Assembly (NCBI GenBank): GCA_047601445.1
Contig: JASGJH010000001.1
Location: 224,001 to 288,000, forward strand
Reading direction: 5' to 3'
Length of the DNA: 64,000 nt
Source of the DNA: Myxococcales bacterium
GTDB lineage: Bacteria; Myxococcota_A; Polyangia; Polyangiales; DASUME01
Made by a program: the position numbers and the translations under genes. Position 1 is the stretch's first letter, and each line of letters starts with the position of its first letter. The notes below the pieces were generated by a model that did not search any database, had not been told where the DNA came from, and worked only from the letters and a program-made list of their open reading frames with translations. Shown in pieces: positions 41,848-50,912 of this stretch.

Positions 41848-42402
41848 ATGTGTAGACTCGTCTGTCATCTGAGTGCCCTACTCATCGCAGTGAACCTCGT
41901 GGCTGCGCCGGCATTGGCTTATCGCAAGCCGATTCCGGAGACCGCGTGGGATGAGACCACGAAGCTCACACTGGCCCGTGCCATGGTCGGTGAAGCGGAC
42001 TGGCATGAGCCTGACCACATTGCGATCGCCTTCGTGCTTGCTCGTCGTTGGCATGCACACCAGGAGAATCGCGCGCCTCTGCCGTTCCATCGTTACATCG
42101 AGCTGTACTCTGCGTCGCTGCGCGGTAAGGGCGAACGCACCAAGTGGATCCAGTCGTTGACCTGGGGTCCCTTACCCGGTCCCTTCGAGCAGCGTTGGAA
42201 CCGCGTCATGAAGTTGGTGCAAGCGTGGGGAGATGGTCGCGTGAAAGACCCGTGTCCCAACGCGCGTCACTGGGGCGGCGCGATGGATCGTCCATCACGC
42301 CTGTTGCACCCGGTGAGCTGCGGCATGACCCGCAACATTTTCTATGCGCCTCGCCTCGCGGCTGTCGGTGAACGCGAGCGCTGGGTCGCCGCCAACAAGT
42401 AA
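41848..42402 (+). CDS. Putative SleB/CwlJ-like cell wall hydrolase
   Basis: Signal peptide, LARAMVGEA (candidate catalytic Glu), IAIAFVL.RR, DPCPNARHW, C-terminal FY. Start uncertain. Confidence 0.55.
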   Translation: MCRLVCHLSALLIAVNLVAAPALAYRKPIPETAWDETTKLTLARAMVGEADWHEPDHIAIAFVLARRWHAHQENRAPLPFHRYIELYSASLRGKGERTKWIQSLTWGPLPGPFEQRWNRVMKLVQAWGDGRVKDPCPNARHWGGAMDRPSRLLHPVSCGMTRNIFYAPRLAAVGERERWVAANK

Positions 42403-42443
42403 CACGCGCAGGGCCTCTCCGGATGCGAGCAGCGACGCAAGTC

Positions 42444-42527
42444 GTGAGCGAAAGCGAACCTCGCGGAGGGGTGGGCCCCGGCGCGGCTTTGCCGCGACGG
42501 GCAGGGAGGTCGCGTGACCTCCCCGTC
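42444..42527 (-). repeat. Dispersed structured repeat, copy A (full length)
   Basis: GTGAGCGAAAGCGAACCTCGCGGAGGGGTGGGCCCCGGCGCGGCTTTGCCGCGACGGGCAGGGAGGTCGCGTGACCTCCCCGTC. Aligns with the reverse complement of 50746-50825. Confidence 0.85.
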
Positions 42528-42529
42528 AA

Positions 42530-43321
42530 CTAAGCAGCCTGTGCAATCTGTTTCCCAGCTGCCGTCTCCCTCGACTCTTCGCGGTGCTTCTTGAGCCGCT
42601 TGTAGCGCGCCCGGACGTCCGGCCTTCGCTTCAAGTAGGCGAGCAAGCAACCCACGTCGAAGCCGAAGTAGAACACACTGATGCCGCTCGGCGGGTTCCC
42701 GCTGGGCATCCAGTCGAAGCGGTCGAGCAGCGTCGGGTGCCAGTACCAGCACTCGAAGCGCGTGCCGAGCTGTTCGAGGTAGGCCACCAAAAGGAACATG
42801 GCCAAGAAGAACATGCGCGAGCTCGCTTCGCGCGAGACCCAGAACAAGAAGACGCCGGTGCACACCGCGCCGTAGACGTCGTTGCGTGCGATGAGCCAGA
42901 AGCCCGCGTAGCCCACGCCGAGCGCGAGCATGAACGGCGAGAGCCAGCGTCGGTTGCGCAGCACGGCGGGCTCGCGCACGAAGTAGTAGATGGCGCCGTA
43001 GAGGATGGAGTGGCCCGGTGGCACGTAGACGGGCACGTTCGCCAAGCGGTACTCGTACATGCCCACCAGCAGCGAGAACACCACCTCGCCGATGGTCGCC
43101 ACCACCACGCCGTACTTCATCAGGCCGCGCAGGCGAGGTGGCGCCGAGCGGTACATGAAGACGAAGTAGACGATCATGATCGCGTTGGCGATCCACTGGC
43201 TGTGCTGGAAGCGCGCGGAGACGTAGGTGCTGTCGAGGAAGGTGATCAGCACCATCAGCGCGGCGACGCTGAGCCAGATCGGGGCGCGCCTGAATGCGCG
43301 CGCGCCGGTCGTGTTCGACAT
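42530..43321 (-). CDS. Hypothetical polytopic membrane protein
   Basis: About 7-8 TM helices, VPVYVPPGH and GNPPSG segments. GGAGG SD before ATG 43321. Confidence 0.75.
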   Translation of the reverse strand: MSNTTGARAFRRAPIWLSVAALMVLITFLDSTYVSARFQHSQWIANAIMIVYFVFMYRSAPPRLRGLMKYGVVVATIGEVVFSLLVGMYEYRLANVPVYVPPGHSILYGAIYYFVREPAVLRNRRWLSPFMLALGVGYAGFWLIARNDVYGAVCTGVFLFWVSREASSRMFFLAMFLLVAYLEQLGTRFECWYWHPTLLDRFDWMPSGNPPSGISVFYFGFDVGCLLAYLKRRPDVRARYKRLKKHREESRETAAGKQIAQAA

Positions 43322-43437
43322 GTCGAGATCCTCCAACGAAAACTAAGCGGCCGGGGTCACCGGCTTTAAGTGAGTGCCCTTATACGTTGGATTCACCCCG
43401 GCTTAGAAGAGCAGCCTGGGGGCGCGCGGGGACGAAC

Positions 43438-44514
43438 TCAGTTTTCGGTGGTCGGACACACAGGTGCTTGTGCAGGCGCACTGTGCGGTCGCAGTACCAG
43501 TGGAAGTTCCGCGTCGACCACACCGGCCGGCTGCGGGGCAGGGAACACCAGGCCACGCGTGAGCTCGAGTACACATGCCGCAATTGCCGGATCCCCGAGT
43601 TCATCGGCTTGCACGCAGGATTCGCTCACCTTGCCCTGCGCGTCGATGCGGAGCGCGAGCGTGAGCTTGCCGCCGGCGGCGCCCTGGGCGCCTCCACGTG
43701 TGAGGCAGTCGGGCGCGCGGTCCTTGAGCGGCGAGACCGCGGCGAGCAGCGCGTTGAGCTCGAGGTTGCCCTCGGGTTGTTCCGTGGCGCTCAGGCCGTC
43801 GGGGCAACGCTGCACGCTGGTGGGCGCCACGTTCGCGCTCGGGAGAGCAGTGCCGGGCGCAAGGTTCACGGCGAAGGCCGTGCGTGCGCCGAGCCGCCCG
43901 AGTTCCTCGAGGAGTGTGTAGACCTGAGTCATCGGCACGGCTGCCTCGGCCGCCACGAACGCCACCACTCCGTCCAGGGACCCCAGGGCCGAGATGCTCT
44001 TGGCTTGCGGAGCAAGCTCGGCGCCCAGCGTGCCGCTCGCCGCAGTGCTGCGCAGGCTGATGCCGCGCTCCGTGATCACCAAGACGATGGCATCGCGCAG
44101 CGGTGGGAAGTCGCTGAAGGACGCGAAGGCCAGCGGGCTCGGGGTGCTCCCGTAGGTGCCCCACGGCGTCAGCACCTGCACGTTGTTCACAGCCTGCAGC
44201 GGTTCGTCGAGCTCGAGTGCGGGCTGGGGAAGCGGACGCAGACCCGCGCGGATCTCTCCGGCCAATGCGAAGGCACCGTCGGCGCCGCGCGCCAGCAGGC
44301 AGCTCTGGGAGGGGGAGTCGGTGGCGTCAAGCAAGCTGGCCATGCGCACCAGGTCCGCGAACGTGGACCCGGGCGCCAGCGCGCGATTGGGCGCGATGGA
44401 GAGCTCGCTCCCGGTGCTCGGCTGGGCCTTGGCCTGGTCGGCGGTCGGAGCGGGCGGCTGGTGGCTACAGCTGGCGGCGAGCAAGCACAGGGGCAGGAGG
44501 CGGACGGGCGACAT
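43438..44514 (-). CDS. Lipoprotein with C-terminal AgmX/PglI (TonB-C-like) domain
   Basis: Lipobox LAASC. C..G.LTL.LRID..GKV..LGD..IAACV..L.FPAP..G.V...LP. Confidence 0.7.
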   Translation of the reverse strand: MSPVRLLPLCLLAASCSHQPPAPTADQAKAQPSTGSELSIAPNRALAPGSTFADLVRMASLLDATDSPSQSCLLARGADGAFALAGEIRAGLRPLPQPALELDEPLQAVNNVQVLTPWGTYGSTPSPLAFASFSDFPPLRDAIVLVITERGISLRSTAASGTLGAELAPQAKSISALGSLDGVVAFVAAEAAVPMTQVYTLLEELGRLGARTAFAVNLAPGTALPSANVAPTSVQRCPDGLSATEQPEGNLELNALLAAVSPLKDRAPDCLTRGGAQGAAGGKLTLALRIDAQGKVSESCVQADELGDPAIAACVLELTRGLVFPAPQPAGVVDAELPLVLRPHSAPAQAPVCPTTEN

Positions 44515-44598
44515 GGGCAAGGATGATGGCACAAGCGGGAGCCCGTGAAATTGTCGAAAACTTGAGCGTGCGCGGAGCCTTTGCCTAGAGCACTAGGC

Positions 44599-45429
44599 AT
44601 GAGTCGGCGTTTGGGCTTCGAGATCGCGATGGTGATGCTGGTCCTGGTGGGGGGAGCGTGGGGAGGGGTGCCCATGACGGCTTCTGCCAAGCGTGCGCCC
44701 GCCCAGGCCGAGGCGCCGTCCCTGCCCAAGCCCCTGCGCAAGAGCCGATCGCTCGGGTTCGCCTGGCGCGGAAAGCTCGAACGCGGGGTGCTGCTCAAGC
44801 CGGGCGCGCATCTGCGCTACGTGTCCGAGTACGCAAAGACGGACCACTTCTACGGCACCTGGCAGCTGGTGCAGCTGCTCGAGCGGGCGGCGTTCCAGGT
44901 CTCGCAGCGCGTGCCTGGCAGCAAGCTGTCGGTGGGCGAGTTGTCGGCGGCGAGCGGGGGCAACCTACCGGGCCATGCGTCGCACGAGAGCGGTCGCGAC
45001 GTGGACGTCGGTTTCTTCATGCTCGACGGCGGGGCGCGCCCGGTGGAGGCCTTCGCCTTCGCGCAGTTCGACTCGCGCGGTCGTGGGCTCTCTCCGAACG
45101 TCGGGATGCGCTTCGACGTGCGGCGCAACTGGGAACTCGTGGCGCGCCTGGTCAGCGACGGCGAGGCGCGCGTGCAGTACGTGTTCGTGGCGCCCGCGAT
45201 TCGGCAGCTCCTGCTCGACGAGGGGCGGCGCGTGCGTGCGCCCGCCGCCGTGCTCGAGCGTGCGGCGCGCGTGATGGTGCGTCCGAGCGAGAAGCACCTG
45301 CACGGCAATCACTTCCACGTGCGGATCTACTGTGCTCCGGGGGAGCGCCCGAAATGTCAGGACGCCCCACCTTATTGGCCCTGGTATCCAGGAGAAGTGA
45401 CCGCGCAAACCCAAAACAAGTCTGGTTAG
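44599..45429 (+). CDS. mepA: Penicillin-insensitive murein endopeptidase (MepA family)
   Basis: VGELS..GG..GHASHESGRDVD and HGNHFHVR LAS-type Zn motifs, signal peptide. Confidence 0.85.
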   Translation: MSRRLGFEIAMVMLVLVGGAWGGVPMTASAKRAPAQAEAPSLPKPLRKSRSLGFAWRGKLERGVLLKPGAHLRYVSEYAKTDHFYGTWQLVQLLERAAFQVSQRVPGSKLSVGELSAASGGNLPGHASHESGRDVDVGFFMLDGGARPVEAFAFAQFDSRGRGLSPNVGMRFDVRRNWELVARLVSDGEARVQYVFVAPAIRQLLLDEGRRVRAPAAVLERAARVMVRPSEKHLHGNHFHVRIYCAPGERPKCQDAPPYWPWYPGEVTAQTQNKSG

Positions 45430-45476
45430 ACGTTGGGACTTGGGCGAGTGGCCCGGGCGCGGTATACGTCTGGGAC

Positions 45477-46160
45477 ATGAGCGTACGCCCCCGCGTACAG
45501 CGAGTGAGCGGTAGTCGCGCATGGGTGCCGTTCAGTTTGCTGATCGGTATTGCGATTTGGCTGGCCGCGAGCCTGGGTCTAGGAGACTCGGGTGCGACCG
45601 GAGCGCAGAAGGGCTTTAGCCCGCAAGAAGAGCAGCTCCTGCGAGCCGGCAAGCTGGTGGCGCGCGCCAAGACCGAAGATCGCGGCAGCCTCCGGCTCAT
45701 CGGCGGCACGAGTTGGCAGCTCATCGACGCACCTCCGGACGCAGTGTTCCGCGCTCTGCTCGATACCAGCCGCTATTACCGAATGATGCCCGCGGTAACG
45801 GGCTCCACTTTGGTCGCCGAACAGCCTGGCTACCGCAAGGTTCGGCTCGAGCACAAGAAGGGGCCGGTGGCGCTCTCGTACAACCTGGGCACGCACGTGT
45901 ACCCGGAGCGCAGGGACATCACTTTTAGCCTCGAAGAGGCGCCTGCGGGCCTGCCGCGCGCGGCCTGGGGCTTCTTCTCGGTGCGTCCCTTCGGGGCGAA
46001 GCAGACGCTGCTCGCGTACGGTGCGATGGCGGACCCGGGCGACGGACTCGTGCTGACCTTGGTTCGCAGCACGGTGCAGGAGTGGATGCTCCAGGTGCCC
46101 CGCCAGGTGAAGTGGTACGTCGAGAGCCGCGAGGGCAGAGCGCGTTACGGCGCGAAATGA
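45477..46160 (+). CDS. SRPBCC/START-like (polyketide cyclase) domain protein
   Basis: N-terminal hydrophobic helix, then IDAPPDAVF..L.D..Y..MMP.V SRPBCC pattern. The real start is MSVRP; the upstream part of the ORF is a shadow of mepA. Confidence 0.65.
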   Translation: MSVRPRVQRVSGSRAWVPFSLLIGIAIWLAASLGLGDSGATGAQKGFSPQEEQLLRAGKLVARAKTEDRGSLRLIGGTSWQLIDAPPDAVFRALLDTSRYYRMMPAVTGSTLVAEQPGYRKVRLEHKKGPVALSYNLGTHVYPERRDITFSLEEAPAGLPRAAWGFFSVRPFGAKQTLLAYGAMADPGDGLVLTLVRSTVQEWMLQVPRQVKWYVESREGRARYGAK

Positions 46161-46208
46161 GCATCAACGCAGGCCAGGCGCGCTCGATCGCGGACGAATC
46201 GCGCGGGC

Positions 46209-46838
46209 TCAGGGCTCGCTTTTCGGGGCCGGCGGGGACAGCGGCTCGGTGCTGACGGACACCATGGCCGTGATGGCTTTCCAGAGCGCCTCGCGACCTT
46301 CGCCCGTATGCGAGCTGAAGGGCAGGGCCTTCACACCCGACTCCCGCGCGAGCTTGAGCGCGGCGGGCTTGCGCTGACTGGCGCTCAGGCGGTCGACCTT
46401 GGTGGCCACCAGCAGAGCTTTTTGCTTGATGTGCGCCAGATACTCGAGCAATTCGCGCTCTTCGCTCTCCACACCGCGTCGCACGTCGACCAGCAAGATC
46501 ACGCCGCGCAGCCCGACCCGGCGCTCGAGGAAGGTCTCGATCATGGGCCCCCAGCTGAGCCGCTCGGTCTTGCTGCGCTGGGCGAAGCCGTAGCCAGGTA
46601 AGTCGACGAAATCGACTCGGGCATCTCCCCGCAGGGTGAGCCGAAACAAGTTGAGGCCGCGGGTGCAGCCCGGCGTGCTGCTCGTGCGGGCGAGCTTCTT
46701 GCGCTGGGCGAGACAGTTGATGAGGCTCGACTTGCCCACGTTCGAACGCCCCGCGAACGCGACTTCTGCGTAGAGGGGAGGCGGGAGCTGCGCCACGTTC
46801 ATGGCGGTGGTGAGGAACTCTGCGTCGAGGACATCCAT
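46209..46838 (-). CDS. engB: Ribosome biogenesis GTPase YihA/EngB
   Basis: GRSNVGKSS, STPG.T, DLPGYG, TKVD, FSS. Confidence 0.95.
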   Translation of the reverse strand: MDVLDAEFLTTAMNVAQLPPPLYAEVAFAGRSNVGKSSLINCLAQRKKLARTSSTPGCTRGLNLFRLTLRGDARVDFVDLPGYGFAQRSKTERLSWGPMIETFLERRVGLRGVILLVDVRRGVESEERELLEYLAHIKQKALLVATKVDRLSASQRKPAALKLARESGVKALPFSSHTGEGREALWKAITAMVSVSTEPLSPPAPKSEP

Positions 46839-46853
46839 GGCGAATCTGCGGTT

Positions 46854-48437
46854 CTATAGCGCGGCGCGGCGACGCCGGCGCATGAGCACTGCCTTGAGCT
46901 CGCTCAGCTCGGGGGCACGCAGCAGCCAGGCGACCACGAGGAAGATCACCGCCCCCGCCGCGAGCAGCGCTCCGTAGGCACCGAGGCGCACGATCTCGCC
47001 TTCACCTGGCCCGAACGAGAGCCGGCTCGCCGCGAGCCACAGGGCCACGCCAGCCGTCGTGGAGGCCAGGGCGACGCGCAGGCCGCTCGCGATCACGGGG
47101 GCGAGGCCCATGGGGCCCGTATGCCGGCGCAACAGCCACAGCAAGACCACCAGCTGCACCAGGGCCGCTGCGCTGTTGGCGAGCGCGAGCGCCACGTGAC
47201 TCAAGCGCCCCATCAAGAGCGCGCTCAAGCTCAAGAACACCACCAGGTTGACGGCGCTTGCCTTGACCGGGGTGCGGGTGTCGCCGTGGGCGGCGAACAT
47301 CGGCACGGTGGCACGCACGGCGGCCACGGCCCATACGCCGGCGGCCTGCCAGGCCAGCGAGTGAGCGGTCTCGGCGACCTGCTCGGGGCCGAACAGGCCG
47401 CGTTCGAACAACACCGAGGTGGTGGGCGCCGCGAGCGCAATCAGGAAGGCGCTGGCGGGGATGGCCACGAACATGGTGAGGCGGATGGAGTCGCGAAACA
47501 GCGCGAGCAGCTCGGCGCGCTTGCCCTCGCTGTGCAGGCGCGCGAGCGTGGGCAGCGCGGCCGACGCCACGGCCAATGCGAACATGCCCTGCGGGATCTC
47601 GATCACGCGCTGCCCGTAGTTCAGGAAGCTCTGGGCTCCGGCCGGCAAGAACGAGGCAAATAGGCGCGAGAGCAGCATGTTGAGCTGGTACACGCCGAGC
47701 CCGAGCACCAGCGGCCCCATCAGCCCCAGTGCACGCCTCACGTCGGGCGCGCGAAAGTCGAGCACTGGGCGCGGCAACAGGTCCACCCCGCGCAAAGGGA
47801 CGAGCTGGACCACGAGCTGAAGCACGCCTCCCAGCAAGGCGCCCAGCGCGAGGCTGGTGATGGGCTCGAGATCCCAGGCCGAGGTCAGCGAGAGCAGCGT
47901 GAAGGGGGCCGCGATCATGGCCACGTTGAGCAGCGCCGGAGCGAAGGCCGCCACGGCGAAGTGGCCAACGGCATTGAGGGCGCCCGTCGCCAGGGCTGCC
48001 AGACCGGCTAGGCCGAGGAAGGGGAAAAGCCAACGGGTCAGCCACACCACGAGCTCGAAGCGCTCGGGATCAGAGATGAAGCCGCCGGCATAGGCGACCG
48101 CGATGGGGCGAGCCAACAGCATCCCGGCCGCCGATGTGAGCGCCAGCAGGACGCCCAGGGCGGCACTGAAACGGGCGAGGAAGTCCCGGGCGGCCTGCTG
48201 CCCCCGCTGGGTGCGCACGTCGGTGAACACCGGGATGAAGGCGTTCGAGACGGCGCCCTCTCCGAGCAGCATGCGCAGGGTGTTCGGGATGGTGAAGGCG
48301 ATGAAGAAGGCGTCCGTGGCTCCCACGCTGAAGCAGGCCGCCACCACGGCCTCGCGGAGCATGCCGAGCACCCGGGAGGCCAGGGTGCCCAGGGCCACGA
48401 TACCCGCCCGGCGCGCCACGATACGCGTGTCTGCCAT
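46854..48437 (-). CDS. murJ: Lipid II flippase MurJ
   Basis: SRVLG.LRE, DAF..AF.IPN..R.L.GEGA...AFIPV, ERG.F, DTRTP. Start MADTR. Confidence 0.93.
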   Translation of the reverse strand: MADTRIVARRAGIVALGTLASRVLGMLREAVVAACFSVGATDAFFIAFTIPNTLRMLLGEGAVSNAFIPVFTDVRTQRGQQAARDFLARFSAALGVLLALTSAAGMLLARPIAVAYAGGFISDPERFELVVWLTRWLFPFLGLAGLAALATGALNAVGHFAVAAFAPALLNVAMIAAPFTLLSLTSAWDLEPITSLALGALLGGVLQLVVQLVPLRGVDLLPRPVLDFRAPDVRRALGLMGPLVLGLGVYQLNMLLSRLFASFLPAGAQSFLNYGQRVIEIPQGMFALAVASAALPTLARLHSEGKRAELLALFRDSIRLTMFVAIPASAFLIALAAPTTSVLFERGLFGPEQVAETAHSLAWQAAGVWAVAAVRATVPMFAAHGDTRTPVKASAVNLVVFLSLSALLMGRLSHVALALANSAAALVQLVVLLWLLRRHTGPMGLAPVIASGLRVALASTTAGVALWLAASRLSFGPGEGEIVRLGAYGALLAAGAVIFLVVAWLLRAPELSELKAVLMRRRRRAAL

Positions 48438-48602
48438 CTGAGGAGGGGGATTATCGGGTCTGGGGGAGGGTGGGCAAGGAACCGGGATAGGAAAGTCGGG
48501 GCGAGGAAGCGTCGCTTGGGACCACCAGACTCGGGAGAGCTTGACCTGAGCAGATGAGGAGGCTAGATAGCCGGTCCCCAACGCAAGTTTTGGAGAGCAC
48601 TA

Positions 48603-48875
48603 GTGGCAAGCCACGCATCAGCCAAAAAGAGGATTCGTCAGACCGAGCGCCGCACGGCGCGCAACCGCCACGTCCGCACCACGGTGCGTTCGTCCATCAA
48701 GGCTGCGCGTCAGGCGATTGCAGGCGGCGACGCCAAGGCGGCCGAGACGGCGGTTCGCGAGGCCGAATCGAAGATTCGGGCAGCGATCTCCAAGGGCGTC
48801 TACCACGACAAGACGGGGTCGCGTTACGTGTCCCGCCTGACGCTCGCGGCCAACGCCCTCACCCCCAAGGCCTGA
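48603..48875 (+). CDS. rpsT: 30S ribosomal protein S20
   Basis: MASHASAKKRIRQ..RN..KGVYH..SRL. Confidence 0.95.
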   Translation: MASHASAKKRIRQTERRTARNRHVRTTVRSSIKAARQAIAGGDAKAAETAVREAESKIRAAISKGVYHDKTGSRYVSRLTLAANALTPKA

Positions 48876-49142
48876 TTCGGCCCTGTTCCGTTTCGCCCTG
48901 TGCGCCGCTCCCTCTGGGACCGGCGCCTTTGGCTTTTAAGGGCTCGAGGAGGTCCCCTTTCTGCCTGGGGCCATCCGCGCGAGCCTCGCGAGCCCTCCGG
49001 AGTATCCAGGGAGCGCGCTTGAGAGCCGCCTTACGGGATTGTTTTGCTGCCGCCTTAGAAAATGACAATCGCCCCGAAATCTTTGTGAAAATTGTCGAGC
49101 AAGCCGGCCTGAATCTCCCTTAGAGTCCGTCGTCGGAGCCCC

Positions 49143-49679
49143 ATGCGCATGTTCTCTGCCCTTCGTAAGCCCATCGCCGCAGCCGCCCTGGTTTGCGGTA
49201 CTGCCCTCTTTGCGAGCGCCCTGTCCCCCGTGCGGGTCGAGGCGGGGGCCCTCAAGGCCAACGTCTTCCTCACGCAGAACAAGATCCCCGCCAAGCTCAC
49301 CGAGAAGGGCTTGATCGGGTTCGTGAAAGGTCACAAGACCGCGCGCTTGCGCGAGAGCAGCGAAGAGAAGCTCGAAGAGCGCAAGTTCATGGCCGAGATG
49401 GTCACGCAGTTCACCGGAGCCCCCGGCGATCTCGAGTTCCACGTGCTGTTTTACGATGTGCACGATGGGGCCCGTCAGTTCGTGGAGGACATGAGCACCT
49501 TCATCGACGATCGCACGCAGAAGGTGTTTTTGCAGCGCATCAAGCTGCCCCGCCCGCGCTTCAAGCCCAACCGGCGCATGGAGCTCGTGGTCACGGTGAA
49601 GCGCGCCGAAGTGGGCTCGCTCAAGTTCATCACCGAGGGCGAGGAAGTTCGCCACAGCGGTACCGTCAACTTCGACTGA
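49143..49679 (+). CDS. Hypothetical exported protein
   Basis: Signal peptide (VEA), host-like codon usage, beta-rich mature part. Confidence 0.7.
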   Translation: MRMFSALRKPIAAAALVCGTALFASALSPVRVEAGALKANVFLTQNKIPAKLTEKGLIGFVKGHKTARLRESSEEKLEERKFMAEMVTQFTGAPGDLEFHVLFYDVHDGARQFVEDMSTFIDDRTQKVFLQRIKLPRPRFKPNRRMELVVTVKRAEVGSLKFITEGEEVRHSGTVNFD

Positions 49680-49721
49680 TCGCGTACGCCGCCGGCGAGG
49701 CCCCCTGCTATCGTAGGCCCC

Positions 49722-50738
49722 GTGACGCTGCATGAGCTGATCGCGCGGGCCAGCCGCGCCGCACAGGGCGACGCCGCGGAGGCCAAGCAGATCCCGCCGG
49801 TCTGCGTGATCGTGGGCAGCGAGCGGGTGATGTTGGAGCGCGCGGTGAGCGCGCTGCGCGCGTTCGTGATCGGGGACGGCCCTTCAGGGTTCAACGACGA
49901 TCTCTTCCAGGGCCAGGGCTTGAGCGCCCAGAGCGTGATCGGAGCGGCGCGCACCTTGCCCATGATGGCGGCCCGGCGCCTGGTGCTGGTGCGCAACCTC
50001 GACGCCATGCCGGCCGCGGAGCTGGAGGCGCTGGGGAGCTACGTGCAGAAGCCTTGCCCAGAGACCGTGCTGGTCATGGTGGGCGAGAAGCTCGACGGGC
50101 GCGGCAAGTTCGCCAAGATCGCGCGCGAGGCGGGCGCCTGGTTCGAAGCCGAGCCGCCCAAGCAGCACGAGATGGCCGAGATCGCCGAACGCGAGGCCCG
50201 TGCGCGTGGACATCGCCTGAGCGCGCAGGCGGCCGAAGGGCTGGCGGACGCGCTGGGACCCGATCTGGCGGCGCTCGACGACGCCCTGGAACGCCTCTCG
50301 CTGTTCGTCGGGGCCGGGCAAGCTATCGAGCTCGATCACGTGGATCGTTGTGTGGCCCACGCCCGCATCGAGTCGATCTGGTCGCTGGTGGACGCCGTGA
50401 GCGCGCGCGACGAAAAGAAGGCCCTCACTGCCGCGGCCTCGCTGCTAGGCGATCGCGAGCCGCCGCTCAAGATCCTGGCGCTGGTGGCGCGCCAGCTGCG
50501 CTCCGTGGCGAAGATGCGGGACGCCCTCAAGAGCGGCCTCGGTCCACAGGAGGCGGCCCAGAAGGCCGGGGTTCCCCCGTTCAAGGCGCGCGACATGGCG
50601 AACTCCGCCAAGCGCTTCGACGACGCCAAGCTGAACCGAGCCTTCGCATTGGTGGCCGAGGCGGACCTGGCGCTCAAGGGCAGCAAGGTACCCGGCCCCC
50701 GCGTGCTCGAGCGCACCTTGCTCGCGCTCTGCCACTGA
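49722..50738 (+). CDS. holA: DNA polymerase III delta subunit
   Basis: TLPMMAARRLVLV, L...LERL.LF, SIW.LVDA, EADLALKG. Near rpsT. Confidence 0.88.
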   Translation: MTLHELIARASRAAQGDAAEAKQIPPVCVIVGSERVMLERAVSALRAFVIGDGPSGFNDDLFQGQGLSAQSVIGAARTLPMMAARRLVLVRNLDAMPAAELEALGSYVQKPCPETVLVMVGEKLDGRGKFAKIAREAGAWFEAEPPKQHEMAEIAEREARARGHRLSAQAAEGLADALGPDLAALDDALERLSLFVGAGQAIELDHVDRCVAHARIESIWSLVDAVSARDEKKALTAAASLLGDREPPLKILALVARQLRSVAKMRDALKSGLGPQEAAQKAGVPPFKARDMANSAKRFDDAKLNRAFALVAEADLALKGSKVPGPRVLERTLLALCH

Positions 50739-50745
50739 CGTTTTA

Positions 50746-50825
50746 GACGGCAGGTCGCGCGACCTCCCCGCCCGTCGCAGCAACGCTGCACCGGGACCCA
50801 CCCCACCGCGGGGTTCGCTACGCTA
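50746..50825 (+). repeat. Dispersed structured repeat, copy B
   Basis: GACGGCAGGTCGCGCGACCTCCCCGCCCGTCGCAGCAACGCTGCACCGGGACCCACCCCACCGCGGGGTTCGCTACGCT, 7 nt after the holA stop. Confidence 0.85.
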
Positions 50826-50912
50826 CGGCGCCGGGAGTCCGCGAGGGCGCCGCAACGAGCGCCGAAAACTGGACCCGCTAGCGACGCCACGGCTATCCGG
50901 ATAGCTAGGAGT

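Noticed and set aside
49143..49679. lptE (often adjacent to holA)
   Set aside because: No convincing lipobox at the signal cleavage site and no LptE CGF/Y motif. Left as hypothetical.
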